Shown here in pieces: positions 40,900-51,487 of a DNA stretch of 57,553 nucleotides. A program made the position numbers and the translations under genes. The notes under the pieces were generated by a model that saw only the letters and a program-made list of their open reading frames with translations, searched no databases and was not told the DNA's origin. Numbering within the stretch: the first letter of the stretch is position 1; each line of letters begins with the position of its first letter. Origin of the DNA: a plasmid; the sequence record NZ_CP045973.1; one strand, written 5' to 3'.

Positions 40900-41325
40900 A
40901 TGATAAAAGTTAAATTTGATCTTTTGCAAATGTATTTTGAAGATAACGATATTACTGTTTATGCCATTTCTAAAGTTACTGGAATAAGTGCACAAGCATT
41001 AAATAATTTCAAAGCTCGTTCTTTCACTGGTGGGGAACGTGTGACAAATCGAATCACAGGGTTACATGTACAAAAGATTGCAGAAGCCTTAGCAAAAAAT
41101 CCCGGTAAAGTATTCAACGACCTCATTTACTTAGAGAATGAGGTCATGCTTTCCTTAGAAGAACTAAAAGAGAACGCAAAAAATTGGCGAATGAATGGGG
41201 ATAGCCCAGAAGACGTTACTACCTCTATATATCCCATTATTGAAGAACAGTGGGAAAATAAAGTCATTCAATCCTTTTTGAAAGCGTATATGAAAGAGTT
41301 TATCAAAGATGAATGGAGGCTGTAA
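40900..41325 (+). CDS. hypothetical protein
   Basis: Start abuts previous stop. Confidence 0.4.
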   Translation: MIKVKFDLLQMYFEDNDITVYAISKVTGISAQALNNFKARSFTGGERVTNRITGLHVQKIAEALAKNPGKVFNDLIYLENEVMLSLEELKENAKNWRMNGDSPEDVTTSIYPIIEEQWENKVIQSFLKAYMKEFIKDEWRL

Positions 41326-42051
<726 letters not shown>

Positions 42052-42066
42052 AAGGGGGTTGATGAT

Positions 42067-42783
42067 TTGGCTCTTGAACCGGGTATTAAATGGAACAAAC
42101 TTACTGTCTTAAAAAAAGCTAGTGAGAGAAGTAAAAGCGGTGCAACTTTATATCTTTGTCAGTGTGATTGTGGCAACACCTGTAAGGTAAACGGTACAAA
42201 ACTAACGAGCGGACATACAAAGAGTTGCGGGTGTCTAATAAAAGATACAGCGGCAAAAAAATTTGAAAGGTTTATTGGAAAGAAATACGGGCAGCTAACG
42301 ATCATCAAAGATTCAAGGAAAAGGACATCTAGGGGTCAGCGTATTGTTCTTTGCCAGTGTGACTGTGGCAATTTTGCTGAAGTTATATTTTCAAAATTGA
42401 GTAGTGGCCATACAAAAACTTGTGGGTGTAAAGAAGTAGAACGCATTAAAAATTTATCTAAGTTGATCACAAATGAGGATCGCGTAAAAGCGGTCGATAC
42501 GCTAAAAAAACATCATATTCTTATTGAAAAAACAAAAATAAATATGATCAAACCCGATAAAAAAATATTAACGTCTAACAAAAGTGGCGTTACTGGTGTT
42601 TGTTATGATAAAAACAGGAAAAAATGGGTAAGTCAAATTACTTTTCAAGGGAAAAATATTAATTTAGGTAGGTTTATCCGTTTTGAGGATGCTGTGAAAG
42701 CTAGAAAAAATGCGGAAGAAATTTATTTTAAACCAATTTTAAAAAAATATGAAAATAGAGGCGGTAGAAAAAATGAAAAATAA
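42067..42783 (+). CDS. protein with two CxC-x-CxxC zinc-ribbon repeats and C-terminal AP2-like DNA-binding domain
   Basis: Duplicated 'LCQCDCGN...KL(T/S)SGHTK(S/T)CGC' and 'SGVTGVCYDKNRKKWVSQITFQGKNINLGRFIRFEDAVKARKNAEEIY' (AP2/HNH-associated). Confidence 0.5.
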   Translation: MALEPGIKWNKLTVLKKASERSKSGATLYLCQCDCGNTCKVNGTKLTSGHTKSCGCLIKDTAAKKFERFIGKKYGQLTIIKDSRKRTSRGQRIVLCQCDCGNFAEVIFSKLSSGHTKTCGCKEVERIKNLSKLITNEDRVKAVDTLKKHHILIEKTKINMIKPDKKILTSNKSGVTGVCYDKNRKKWVSQITFQGKNINLGRFIRFEDAVKARKNAEEIYFKPILKKYENRGGRKNEK

Positions 42784-42872
42784 ACATAAAATTATTGACG
42801 TTATTATTGGGGGATTACTAGGAGTGGATCAGAGTCAATAGTTGAAACAGTTTTTACGAGAGACTTTTAAGA

Positions 42873-43742
42873 TTAAGCAGCTGAAATTTTCTGTTCAAAC
42901 TTGTTTGGGGATAAATAAGCTAATGAGCTATGAATTCGGCGATTGTTATAGAAGCCTTGCACATAGCTGAAAACTTGAAGCTTTGCTTCTTCAAAATTGG
43001 AATAAGCAGATCGTTGGTAAACATGCTCTTTCTTTAGCAGCGCATGGAAAGACTCGATTCCAGCGTTATCATACGGACAGCCTTTTTGGCTGTATGAATG
43101 GCAGAGATTCATTGCTTTTAACTTTGTTTCATAGTCGATACTTGTATATTGCGAACCTAAATCGGTATGAAGGATCAGTCCTTTTTCTATCTTTCGTTTA
43201 GAAAATGCATCATCTAGGGCTTTAAGGACGATAGAAGTCTGCATTGTTCGATCAAAGTGATACCCAATAATTTTTCGGGAATGCAAATCCATGATGGTGG
43301 ATAAATAGCACCAGCCGTCTGCGAGAGTATAGATATAAGTAATATCAGCTACCCATTTTTGATTGAGTCCAGTCGTTGAAAAATCTTGATTCAATAGATT
43401 TTTATAAGTTTTCAAGATCCTTTTCGTCGGTCTTCCTGCTTTGAATTTCTTTACCGTGATAGACCGCAGGTTTTGTCTTCTCATTGATTTTTGGACACGT
43501 TTGATACTGATGTCCGGATATTCGTGGTACGAACTTGCTAACAAATAACGAAGTTTCCCAGCTCCATAGATTCCTTGATTTTCTTGATACAATCGTAAAA
43601 CACGTTGATCCAACAACTGATCGGCTCGCTTTCTTTTGGAAACAATCAGATTTAAATGCCTATAGTAGGAACTTCTGGAAACACCAAGACTCGTACACAT
43701 TTTTAAAATGCTATGGCGGCCTGCTTCTTGTTCTTGGTTCAT
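42873..43742 (-). CDS. IS3-family transposase OrfB (DDE integrase)
   Basis: 'WVADITYI...HTDLGSQYTS...YDNAGIESFH' DDE. Confidence 0.85.
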   Translation of the reverse strand: MNQEQEAGRHSILKMCTSLGVSRSSYYRHLNLIVSKRKRADQLLDQRVLRLYQENQGIYGAGKLRYLLASSYHEYPDISIKRVQKSMRRQNLRSITVKKFKAGRPTKRILKTYKNLLNQDFSTTGLNQKWVADITYIYTLADGWCYLSTIMDLHSRKIIGYHFDRTMQTSIVLKALDDAFSKRKIEKGLILHTDLGSQYTSIDYETKLKAMNLCHSYSQKGCPYDNAGIESFHALLKKEHVYQRSAYSNFEEAKLQVFSYVQGFYNNRRIHSSLAYLSPNKFEQKISAA

Positions 43743-43756
43743 CCATTCTAGGATGG

Positions 43757-44020
43757 CTATTTCTTTGCGAGCAGACCGAGTGCTTTTTTTAAGATGAGGA
43801 GTTCTTCATCCTTTTCTTTCAATTGTTTTTTTAATCGTTTGACTTCGTTAGAAGTAGGCCCTCCGGGACTGATAGGTGTATTCCCTTGAATCCACTTCAA
43901 AATGGTGGAGTAACCAACTTCGTAATCAGCAGCCAGTTGCCGGGGTGTTTGTCCTTGTTCATGAAGATCAAGTATCGTTTGTTTAAAATCTTCTGTATAG
44001 CGTTTGGGCATGTAAGACAC
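43757..44020 (-). CDS. IS3-family transposase OrfA (HTH, leucine zipper)
   Basis: 87 aa HTH protein ending at frameshift window. Confidence 0.8.
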   Translation of the reverse strand: MSYMPKRYTEDFKQTILDLHEQGQTPRQLAADYEVGYSTILKWIQGNTPISPGGPTSNEVKRLKKQLKEKDEELLILKKALGLLAKK

Positions 44021-44301
44021 CTTCCTTTGAGATTAATTTTACCCTCTCTTAAAAGTTGTCTCAACTTCTATCCTACATCCAGAGCTTTAAATATTATATT
44101 TACGATCTATATGATAAAAGATCTTACAACGGCAATTTTGAATCAGGAATACTTTGCCGCAGTGAACTCGATACTATCCATTGCAATCCTCGTGGTGATC
44201 ATGACCATTAGTTTACCAGTCTTTAAATTTCCTGCTAAGAAATAATATTATTATGAAGAGGCTGGACATAAAGTTGCTTTTTACCTAAAATAACGATAAA
44301 A

Positions 44302-44352
44302 AGGAATCGCATGAAATACTATTTTTAATAATGGATTTCATGCGATTCTTTC
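44302..44352. repeat. perfect 14-bp inverted repeat hairpin (gaatcgcatgaaat/atttcatgcgattc, 22-nt loop)
   Basis: Read directly; U-rich on minus-strand 3' side. Confidence 0.6.
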
Positions 44353-44534
44353 TCCATGTTGAATTATGAGCCAAACCCGTTTTTATTGGGATAAGAAGGC
44401 ATATATATTTTTATATATAGAAAGACTGTAAGGACTTAACAGATAATGAAACCGGCTATGTGATATTTTTATTTCGATAATTAGTATATAATTAAATGTA
44501 AGGGATACAGTAAAAATTAGGAGGGGAGAGTATC

Positions 44535-46301
44535 ATGGCTTTAGATTTTAATAATGAACAAATCGAACATTTTGCAGCAGCATGTTTAATAGAGTATTTT
44601 GCTTACGACAGTAAAACTCAACCTGAGTTTAAATTAGCAGATAAGTCGGCTGGATATGATGGTATGATCTATTTCTATAATATAGATCAGGGTGATAAAA
44701 GAAAAAAAGAGCAAGTTGAATGTGTTTTTTATGTACAAATCAAAGGGACTTTTGACAAAATTAAGGATAGAAAAACAGAGAATTTCAATATTGTGTTAGA
44801 TGATTTAAAATTTTATGATAAAACAAATGATCATTGTTTGTATTTTAAAGTAGCCCTGAAAGTTATTAATGGAAAAGTTATAAAGACACCTTACTATCAC
44901 TTTTTTTCAAAACTTGAATTAAACAGGCTAATGGAAGATATGAGGAATAATAACAATACAAACCGGAGGATACCGTTCACTAAAATGGGTGACACTAAAA
45001 GTTTTCAGGCAATATTACAAAATTTAAAAGGAGATTTACATCAGTTTGTTATCTCAAAAGAAAAACTTGCTGAAATGAAAGCTAATCCAGAAGGCGTACA
45101 TATTTCAAGAGAATTAGTTATTACAGACTATTCGTCCTTAGAAAGTCTGTATGGAGAAGAATTTACACTCTATGCAAAAGGTGAATTTGGTGAAAAAGGT
45201 GCTGTAGGAAGTGTTACGTTTGAGAAACAGTTATTTGATGAAAGTCTGGATTTTATCATTGAATTTGGTTACATAGATACAGTGTATGCTCAATCAACTT
45301 CTTCAATAGATCGTACTATGAAAGGTATAGAAATAACAAAATCAATTAAACTATATATTCGCGAACTTGCTGATAAAAGAGGAATAAATATTAGTTTTAA
45401 TTATTCATTAAATGAGGAAGAAACGATAGAAACGTTAGCGCGCAGTCATAAAATTATGGAATATTTGCGAACAAATGGTAAAATCAAAATCAATGGATAC
45501 GCAATGGAAATTAATTTAAACGTAGAATCGGACACATCAAACTTTGAAGAATTTTCAAAAGTTCATTTTCAAATACTGAACGCAATGAGACATTTTGAAA
45601 TGAATCTTGGTGAAAGTATCAAAAATATATCTGAAAAACAAGTAAAAGAACTGCTTTATATGTATGATATAGAGCAAGGTAAAACAATAAGCGAAAAAGA
45701 TAGGTTGGTCTACTTTGAGTTTGGATCAAGGGCTTATTATTTTATTTTTAGTAAAAACAACGTCTATAATATCCTGTCAGAAAACTTTGATAAACAGCTT
45801 TATTTGAGGGTTAAAATAGATGATAAATCATACGAACACATTCCCAACTTTATGTTGGTTACACAAAATATTCATAAAGTCTATAATTTCAATTTCGAAG
45901 CTGTACAAAACAAAATAAATGAAAGTGTTCTACAAAATAATCAGGAAATGCTTTTTAATAGGTATGAGTTACAACTGATAAGTGACTATGATAACAACAG
46001 AGATAAGAGAGTTTTAAGCTTAGCAGCCTCAATAAATGAGTTACTGCTAGAAAAAGAGCCTAATAACATGATTGAAAAAATCAATTATTGGCAGATAGTA
46101 GCTAGAAAAAAGGGGTTATCCTCTGACGATATTAAAGAACTAAAAGATATTGTTCAGGATAGTAATTATACAGAAGACGTGCATTTAGCAGCTAAAGTTT
46201 TAATTAATACTAGATTCAAAGGTGAATTTAGCTTAGAAAAAGATAGTTTGGACTCTATTAGGGAGTATCCAATTTATAACTTAGTAAATACTATAGATTA
46301 G
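44535..46301 (+). CDS. uncharacterised 588-aa protein with PD-(D/E)xK-like N-terminal motif (DUF4365-like, inference)
   Basis: GGAGGGGAG RBS; 'GYDGMIYF...ECVFYVQIKGT' D...(Q/E)xK pattern; no P-loop. Confidence 0.6.
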   Translation: MALDFNNEQIEHFAAACLIEYFAYDSKTQPEFKLADKSAGYDGMIYFYNIDQGDKRKKEQVECVFYVQIKGTFDKIKDRKTENFNIVLDDLKFYDKTNDHCLYFKVALKVINGKVIKTPYYHFFSKLELNRLMEDMRNNNNTNRRIPFTKMGDTKSFQAILQNLKGDLHQFVISKEKLAEMKANPEGVHISRELVITDYSSLESLYGEEFTLYAKGEFGEKGAVGSVTFEKQLFDESLDFIIEFGYIDTVYAQSTSSIDRTMKGIEITKSIKLYIRELADKRGINISFNYSLNEEETIETLARSHKIMEYLRTNGKIKINGYAMEINLNVESDTSNFEEFSKVHFQILNAMRHFEMNLGESIKNISEKQVKELLYMYDIEQGKTISEKDRLVYFEFGSRAYYFIFSKNNVYNILSENFDKQLYLRVKIDDKSYEHIPNFMLVTQNIHKVYNFNFEAVQNKINESVLQNNQEMLFNRYELQLISDYDNNRDKRVLSLAASINELLLEKEPNNMIEKINYWQIVARKKGLSSDDIKELKDIVQDSNYTEDVHLAAKVLINTRFKGEFSLEKDSLDSIREYPIYNLVNTID

Positions 46302-46312
46302 AGGAATGTATT

Positions 46313-47053
46313 ATGTTATTTGATTTATCTACGAATGATAAGGCTAAAGAAACTTTAGCAACGTTTTTAAGGCTGGACTTGGAAAAATTAGAAACTCTCC
46401 TTGAGGAATATTCAGACGATGAACCGACGGAATGCATTAAAAACTATATTCCAAAAGACGCCCAAGCAATTGCTGAACGATCCACGATTAAATTTTTCCA
46501 TATAACAACCACAATTGATGGTTTTGCTTCTGTCAAAGAAAATGGACTATTAGGTCTTGAAGAATTACTCAGTACAAATTCTTCATTTACTAATTTTCTG
46601 AAAAAGAATAATATAGACTACAATGAGAATAAACAAACACTATTAATTGAAGAAAAAGAGATCGATATAAACCAGGAAGATTGGAACAACGTGAAACAGC
46701 GTATTACTTTCGATTTTAATATAAATGGTTTTTATTTTATTGATGATAGTAATAAGAACTACAGTTCAGTAAATAAACGTCCTGAATTTTTCTTTGATTT
46801 AGATACGGTTTTAAATGGGAAATATAATTTAAGTGACAAATGGGAGAAGTTATCAAAATCCTATTTGCTAGAAATAGAAATATCGTGGAAAGATTGGGGC
46901 CCAAATGAGGTTATAGAAAATTTTAATGAAATGTTAGAAATATTAGTTGCTAGAGCCAAGAGTGCAAGCTGTGGCGTAAATGAAGTTTGTTATGTGAAAA
47001 GAAATAAAAATATTTTACCACAAGAAATCAAAACATATATAGAAATTGAATGA
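46313..47053 (+). CDS. uncharacterised 246-aa protein, operonic with 588-aa gene
   Basis: 11-bp gap, GAGGAAT RBS; no recognisable motif. Confidence 0.55.
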   Translation: MLFDLSTNDKAKETLATFLRLDLEKLETLLEEYSDDEPTECIKNYIPKDAQAIAERSTIKFFHITTTIDGFASVKENGLLGLEELLSTNSSFTNFLKKNNIDYNENKQTLLIEEKEIDINQEDWNNVKQRITFDFNINGFYFIDDSNKNYSSVNKRPEFFFDLDTVLNGKYNLSDKWEKLSKSYLLEIEISWKDWGPNEVIENFNEMLEILVARAKSASCGVNEVCYVKRNKNILPQEIKTYIEIE

Positions 47054-47340
47054 CTCATAGGATATAAAAATAGGACAATAGTTTCCAGTTATTTGCTCGA
47101 AAAGCAAACACTTGACCTAAAAATCATGATTTAAGTCTATTGTGCTGATTATAGAAAGACAATCGAACTAGTAAAAAGTATCTTAATAACAATAAGGTGA
47201 GTCTAGAAATTATAATTTCTAGACTTTTTTTGTGCCGACGAACGAATGCGGGTTTTAAGTACTTAAAAATGCTTGTTTTTGTCTACAAGATAGTCTATAA
47301 TTAAAGGTATAGAATATTGCATATTATAGACTGTTAGAAG

Positions 47341-47949
47341 GTGGAAAAGTTGAAATTAGGATATGCACGTGTGAGTACGGTCGGTCAAGATCTGCAGACA
47401 CAGATCGAAAAGCTCAAAAATGCTGGGATCACGGATGATTATCTATTTATTGAAAAAAAATCTGGGACGACCACAAGAAATCGACATGAGCTTGAAAATT
47501 TACTGAAGCAGGCAAGAAACGGTGATCATGTCTTTGTGACAAAGATTGATCGACTAGCAAGATCGATTATTGATTTAAATAACGTGATGAACCGATTTAA
47601 AGAAAAAGGCGTCAGCGTCACTTTTTTAGATAATAACATGACGTTTGAAGCAGATACCGAAAATAATGCGATGCAACGTCTGTTATTTAATGTGCTTGGA
47701 TCCTTTGCAGAATTTGAGCGAGATATGATCGTCAATCGGACTGGAGAAGGTCGACAACGTGCAAAGGCAGCTGGAAAGAAATTAGGTCGTACAGGTCAGC
47801 CAGAAGAAAAAATTCGGAGAGCAATCGCGATGTGGAAGAATAGAAAACAATTGGATGTATCTATTTCTGAAATTGTAGAAGATACTGGTGTCCCAAGAGC
47901 AACGCTTTATAAAAAAATAAAGGAGATGGAGAAAGAGAATGAAAAATAA
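47341..47949 (+). CDS. serine recombinase (resolvase family)
   Basis: 'KLGYARVSTVGQDLQTQ'; likely true start TTG 47350. Confidence 0.85.
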   Translation: MEKLKLGYARVSTVGQDLQTQIEKLKNAGITDDYLFIEKKSGTTTRNRHELENLLKQARNGDHVFVTKIDRLARSIIDLNNVMNRFKEKGVSVTFLDNNMTFEADTENNAMQRLLFNVLGSFAEFERDMIVNRTGEGRQRAKAAGKKLGRTGQPEEKIRRAIAMWKNRKQLDVSISEIVEDTGVPRATLYKKIKEMEKENEK

Positions 47950-48166
47950 TTTATTTGATGTAGTAGGAATGGTCTTAATGTTAGGTATCACGGTGTTAAT
48001 GGAAATTTACTTTTCAGCGCTATTCCGATTAAACGTTTTGATGGATAACTACATAGGGGTCACTATCTTTGGATGCATCTTGGTTTTGCTAACGGCGGCC
48101 GTATTTAGTCAAGTCAAGTATCTGCTTGGAAAATTTAGAAATGCGACTCATAAGCAGCAAGTGTAA
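47939..48166 (+). CDS. small membrane protein (2 TM)
   Basis: Hydrophobic 75 aa ORF overlapping resolvase stop. Confidence 0.3.
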   Translation: MKNNLFDVVGMVLMLGITVLMEIYFSALFRLNVLMDNYIGVTIFGCILVLLTAAVFSQVKYLLGKFRNATHKQQV

Positions 48167-48278
48167 AAAGTTAAATAAAATAGCTAAAGCGACGTGGAGC
48201 TACTAATTAAATTATGCTATTATTGGTGAGTATCCAGGTGCAAGATACTAGGTACGCTCTCATCTGTTAAGCCTATTC

Positions 48279-48336
48279 TGAATCCCTACCCGAAAACTGA
48301 ACACTCAAAAAAAAGAGTGTTGTTAGTTTTCGGGTT
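48279..48336. repeat. solo copy of IS3-family left end/palindromic element (identical family to 51488-51545)
   Basis: 'tgaatccctacccgaaaactgaacactcaaaaaaaagagtgttgttagttttcggg' vs 51488-51545, ~95% identity; internal long hairpin. Confidence 0.6.
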
Positions 48337-48570
48337 ATTTTTGTGCAAGTTTTCGTCTATCTCTTCTCTATATTCTTCAATATTTTCTTCAGCTAAAATA
48401 GGATCTCCACAAGCAATTTCTCCCAAAACAGGAATCTGTCTATATTTTTCAACAGGTATTAAATTTTTCGATATCTCGCCATACCGCGGATCAATCGTAG
48501 ACTTCAATACGCCAAAATAATCTGCTATGTCGTTAAAGGCAGCGCGCGTTAATGCTGGATTCACTAGCAA
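48286..48570 (-). pseudogene. LexA/CI-like S24 peptidase domain fragment, truncated by IS-end insertion
   Basis: 'IPVLGEIACGDPILAEENIEEY' autocleavage-site region; catalytic Ser/Lys portion absent; ORF tail is encoded by the IS-end copy. Confidence 0.35.
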
Positions 48571-48763
48571 AGAAGCCGCTAAAGCTGCTGATGTGCATTT
48601 TCAAACGTTGTCCAAATATGAAAAAGATAGTTCTGATATTCCATTTTCTCTTTTAAATGAGCTGTCTAATCTGTATCGAGTTCCTATTAACAATATTTTT
48701 TTGGGCAAAGAGTACGCTTTAATCCGTATCATAAATAATAAAAGAAATGAGGTAATGAATTGA
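48527..48763 (+). CDS. XRE-family HTH regulator
   Basis: 'LKAARVNAGFTSKEAAKAADVHFQTLSKYEKDSSDIPFSLLNELSNLYRV' HTH. Confidence 0.5.
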   Translation: MSLKAARVNAGFTSKEAAKAADVHFQTLSKYEKDSSDIPFSLLNELSNLYRVPINNIFLGKEYALIRIINNKRNEVMN

Positions 48764-49190
48764 ACGAAGTTTCAAAGGTCGTTCTGGCAATCGAAGCCCA
48801 CGAAAAAGCAAAGTCTTAGTCTGATACGCTTAACACTTCTTTACTATAGATTGCTCTAAGTGTAAACCGTCAGGATTTTTTACTGTCTAAATTTAACTAG
48901 CACCACGCGTATGAGTATTAGTCTCTTAAATTAAAATTGGTCTGGAAAGTAACTTGTTAATTCAAGTTCTTTATCAAGGGCTATTAAATAGGGAACCTTG
49001 TAGGGAAATCAATTCATTTTATGAAAGTGATTTCTCATTTGTTTAAACAAAATTATCCTAATTATTTCTAATTGATTCTATAGTCACTTTACTTAGCGAT
49101 ACATAAAAATTGTGATACAATTAAGTTATAACTTAAAGGATATTATGGTCACTAAGTTACACATATAAATTTTTATGGAGGTGTTGTAAT

Positions 49191-51305
49191 ATGGCAAATT
49201 TTTACGGAAATGATCCTTTTTTCAACAATGATATGGATGATGTTTTCAATCAATTATTTCGGCGCATGGATAATCAAAATTCGGAGCGTGCACGGTATTT
49301 AGTTAACGGACAATCGTTGACACCGGATGAGTTTACTCAATACCGAGCAACTGGTAAGCTACCCCAAAATAATAAAACAATAGAAGTATCTAAAGATGGT
49401 AAACAGGCTGTTAAAAAAGGAGGGATTTTAGAAAAGTTAGGGACTAATTTGACGGAACAGGCTCGTGATGGCTTACTAGATCCAGTGATTGGACGTGAGA
49501 ATGAGATTCAAGAAACTGCAGAAATTTTGAGTCGTAGAACGAAAAATAATGCAATCTTAGTTGGTGATGCCGGTGTAGGTAAAACTGCAGTCGTCGAAGG
49601 TCTGGCACAAGCAATTGTGGCTGGTAAAGTTCCAGAAACGATTCAAGATAAAGAAATCTATTCGATTGATTTATCGTCTTTGGAAGCGGGAACTCAATAT
49701 CGCGGTTCTTTTGAAGAAAATATTAAACAGCTGGTAGAGGAAGTTAAAGCAGCTGGTAATATTATTCTATTCTTCGATGAAATTCATCAGATTCTCGGCA
49801 CGGGTGCCACTGGTGGTGAAGATGGTGGCAAAGGATTGGCTGATATCATTAAACCTGCTTTGTCACGTGGCGAGCTGAGTGTAATCGGGGCTACGACTCA
49901 AGATGAATATCGCAATACTATTTTGAAAAATGCGGCTTTGGCACGGCGATTCAATGATGTTGTGATTAATGAACCGACGGCCGCTGACACTTTACGTATA
50001 TTACAAGGTGTTAAAGAGCTGTACGAAAAACATCATCATGTTGTATTACCAGATGATGTTTTGAAGGCGGCTGTGGATTATTCAATCCAATATATACCAC
50101 AACGCACTTTGCCAGATAAAGCTATCGATTTGATCGACATGACTGCGGCTCATTTAGCGGCTAAAAATTCGCAAACTGATGTTGAGACATTGGATCAACG
50201 CCTTAAAAAATTAGAGGCAGCTAAGGAGGCCGCCATTAAAGCGGAGGACTTTACAAAAGCCGCTGATATCAAGAAGTCGATCGAGGAAACCAAGCAAAAA
50301 ATTAAAGAAACGGATCAAAAAGAAAAAATCACTGCCACGATTGATGATGTGGCACAATCGGTTGAACGTTTAACTGGTATACCAGTTTCTGATATGGGCG
50401 CTAATGATATTGAGCGCTTGAAAAATCTTGATAAGCGTCTGAAAAGTAAGGTAATCGGTCAAGATGAAGCGGTTGAAATGGTAGCAAAAGCAATTCGGCG
50501 TAACCGTGCGGGCTTTTCAGAGGGTGATCAGCCGATTGGAAGTTTTCTGTTTGTGGGCCCAACTGGCGTAGGAAAGACTGAATTAGCTAAGCAATTAGCC
50601 TTAGATATGTTTGGAAATGAAAATGCGATTATTCGGCTAGATATGAGTGAATATGCTGATCGTACAGCTGTGTCGAAATTAATTGGTACCTCGGCTGGAT
50701 ACGTAGGCTATGAAGATAATGCTAATACTCTAACTGAACGGGTTCGGCGTAATCCATATTCCATTGTATTATTAGATGAAATTGAAAAGGCTGATCCACA
50801 AGTATTAACGTTACTGTTACAAGTGATGGATGATGGGCACTTAACGGATGGACAAGGCAATGTCATTAATTTCAAAAATACGATTATTATTGCTACTTCT
50901 AATGCTGGCTTTGGTAATGAATCATTAAGTGGTGACGAGCAACGAGATCAGTCATTAATGGATAAGTTAGCACCATTTTTCCGCCCAGAATTTCTGAACC
51001 GTTTTAATGGAATCGTGGAATTTTCACATCTGACTAAGCAAGACTTAAGTCAAATTGTCGATTTAATGTTGTCGGATGTACAAAAAACTTTAGCCAAAAA
51101 ATCCATCAAACTTGAGGTAACTAAAGCGGCCAAAGATTGGCTGATGGAACAAGGCTATGATGAAGCAATGGGTGCGCGGCCGTTACGGCGAGTAATTGAA
51201 CAACAAATTCGTGATAAGGTAACGGATTTTTACCTTGACCACTTAGATGTCAAAAACTTGAAGGCTGATTTAGTGGATGATGAGATTGTGATATCGGCAG
51301 CTTAG
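49191..51305 (+). CDS. clpL: ATP-dependent Clp protease ATP-binding subunit ClpL (two AAA+ modules)
   Basis: Walker A 'GDAGVGKT' and 'GPTGVGKT', sensor and 'GARPLRR' motifs; 704 aa; characteristic ClpL N-terminus. Confidence 0.9.
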   Translation: MANFYGNDPFFNNDMDDVFNQLFRRMDNQNSERARYLVNGQSLTPDEFTQYRATGKLPQNNKTIEVSKDGKQAVKKGGILEKLGTNLTEQARDGLLDPVIGRENEIQETAEILSRRTKNNAILVGDAGVGKTAVVEGLAQAIVAGKVPETIQDKEIYSIDLSSLEAGTQYRGSFEENIKQLVEEVKAAGNIILFFDEIHQILGTGATGGEDGGKGLADIIKPALSRGELSVIGATTQDEYRNTILKNAALARRFNDVVINEPTAADTLRILQGVKELYEKHHHVVLPDDVLKAAVDYSIQYIPQRTLPDKAIDLIDMTAAHLAAKNSQTDVETLDQRLKKLEAAKEAAIKAEDFTKAADIKKSIEETKQKIKETDQKEKITATIDDVAQSVERLTGIPVSDMGANDIERLKNLDKRLKSKVIGQDEAVEMVAKAIRRNRAGFSEGDQPIGSFLFVGPTGVGKTELAKQLALDMFGNENAIIRLDMSEYADRTAVSKLIGTSAGYVGYEDNANTLTERVRRNPYSIVLLDEIEKADPQVLTLLLQVMDDGHLTDGQGNVINFKNTIIIATSNAGFGNESLSGDEQRDQSLMDKLAPFFRPEFLNRFNGIVEFSHLTKQDLSQIVDLMLSDVQKTLAKKSIKLEVTKAAKDWLMEQGYDEAMGARPLRRVIEQQIRDKVTDFYLDHLDVKNLKADLVDDEIVISAA

Positions 51306-51354
51306 CTTAAATCAGTGTTCATAAATAACTTTATATAAGAGGAGATTTATTGGG

Positions 51355-51386
51355 AAGGAGATTGCTTGATAGATCTCCTTTTTTCG
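51355..51386 (+). terminator. clpL terminator
   Basis: 'aaggagat ...atctcctt'+TTTTT. Confidence 0.6.
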
Positions 51387-51487
51387 TTGATTTTCACCAT
51401 TTGATATTAATCTATTGAGTAATATGGGTAGCGTCAAGGATAAAGTCCATATAATTGTGTAAAAGCAAGAAGGCCATATAAACGCCT

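Larger units (their letters stand above)
42843..44063. mobile_element. IS3-family insertion sequence (orfA/orfB with A6G frameshift site)
   Basis: Imperfect IRs 'tgaaacagtttttacgagaga' / 'tctctcttaaaagttgtctca'; slippery 'AAAAAAG' near orfA end. Confidence 0.75.

Noticed and set aside
43886-44245. 119-aa plus-strand ORF
   Set aside because: Overlaps IS3 orfA antisense and the IS3 inverted repeat. No RBS.
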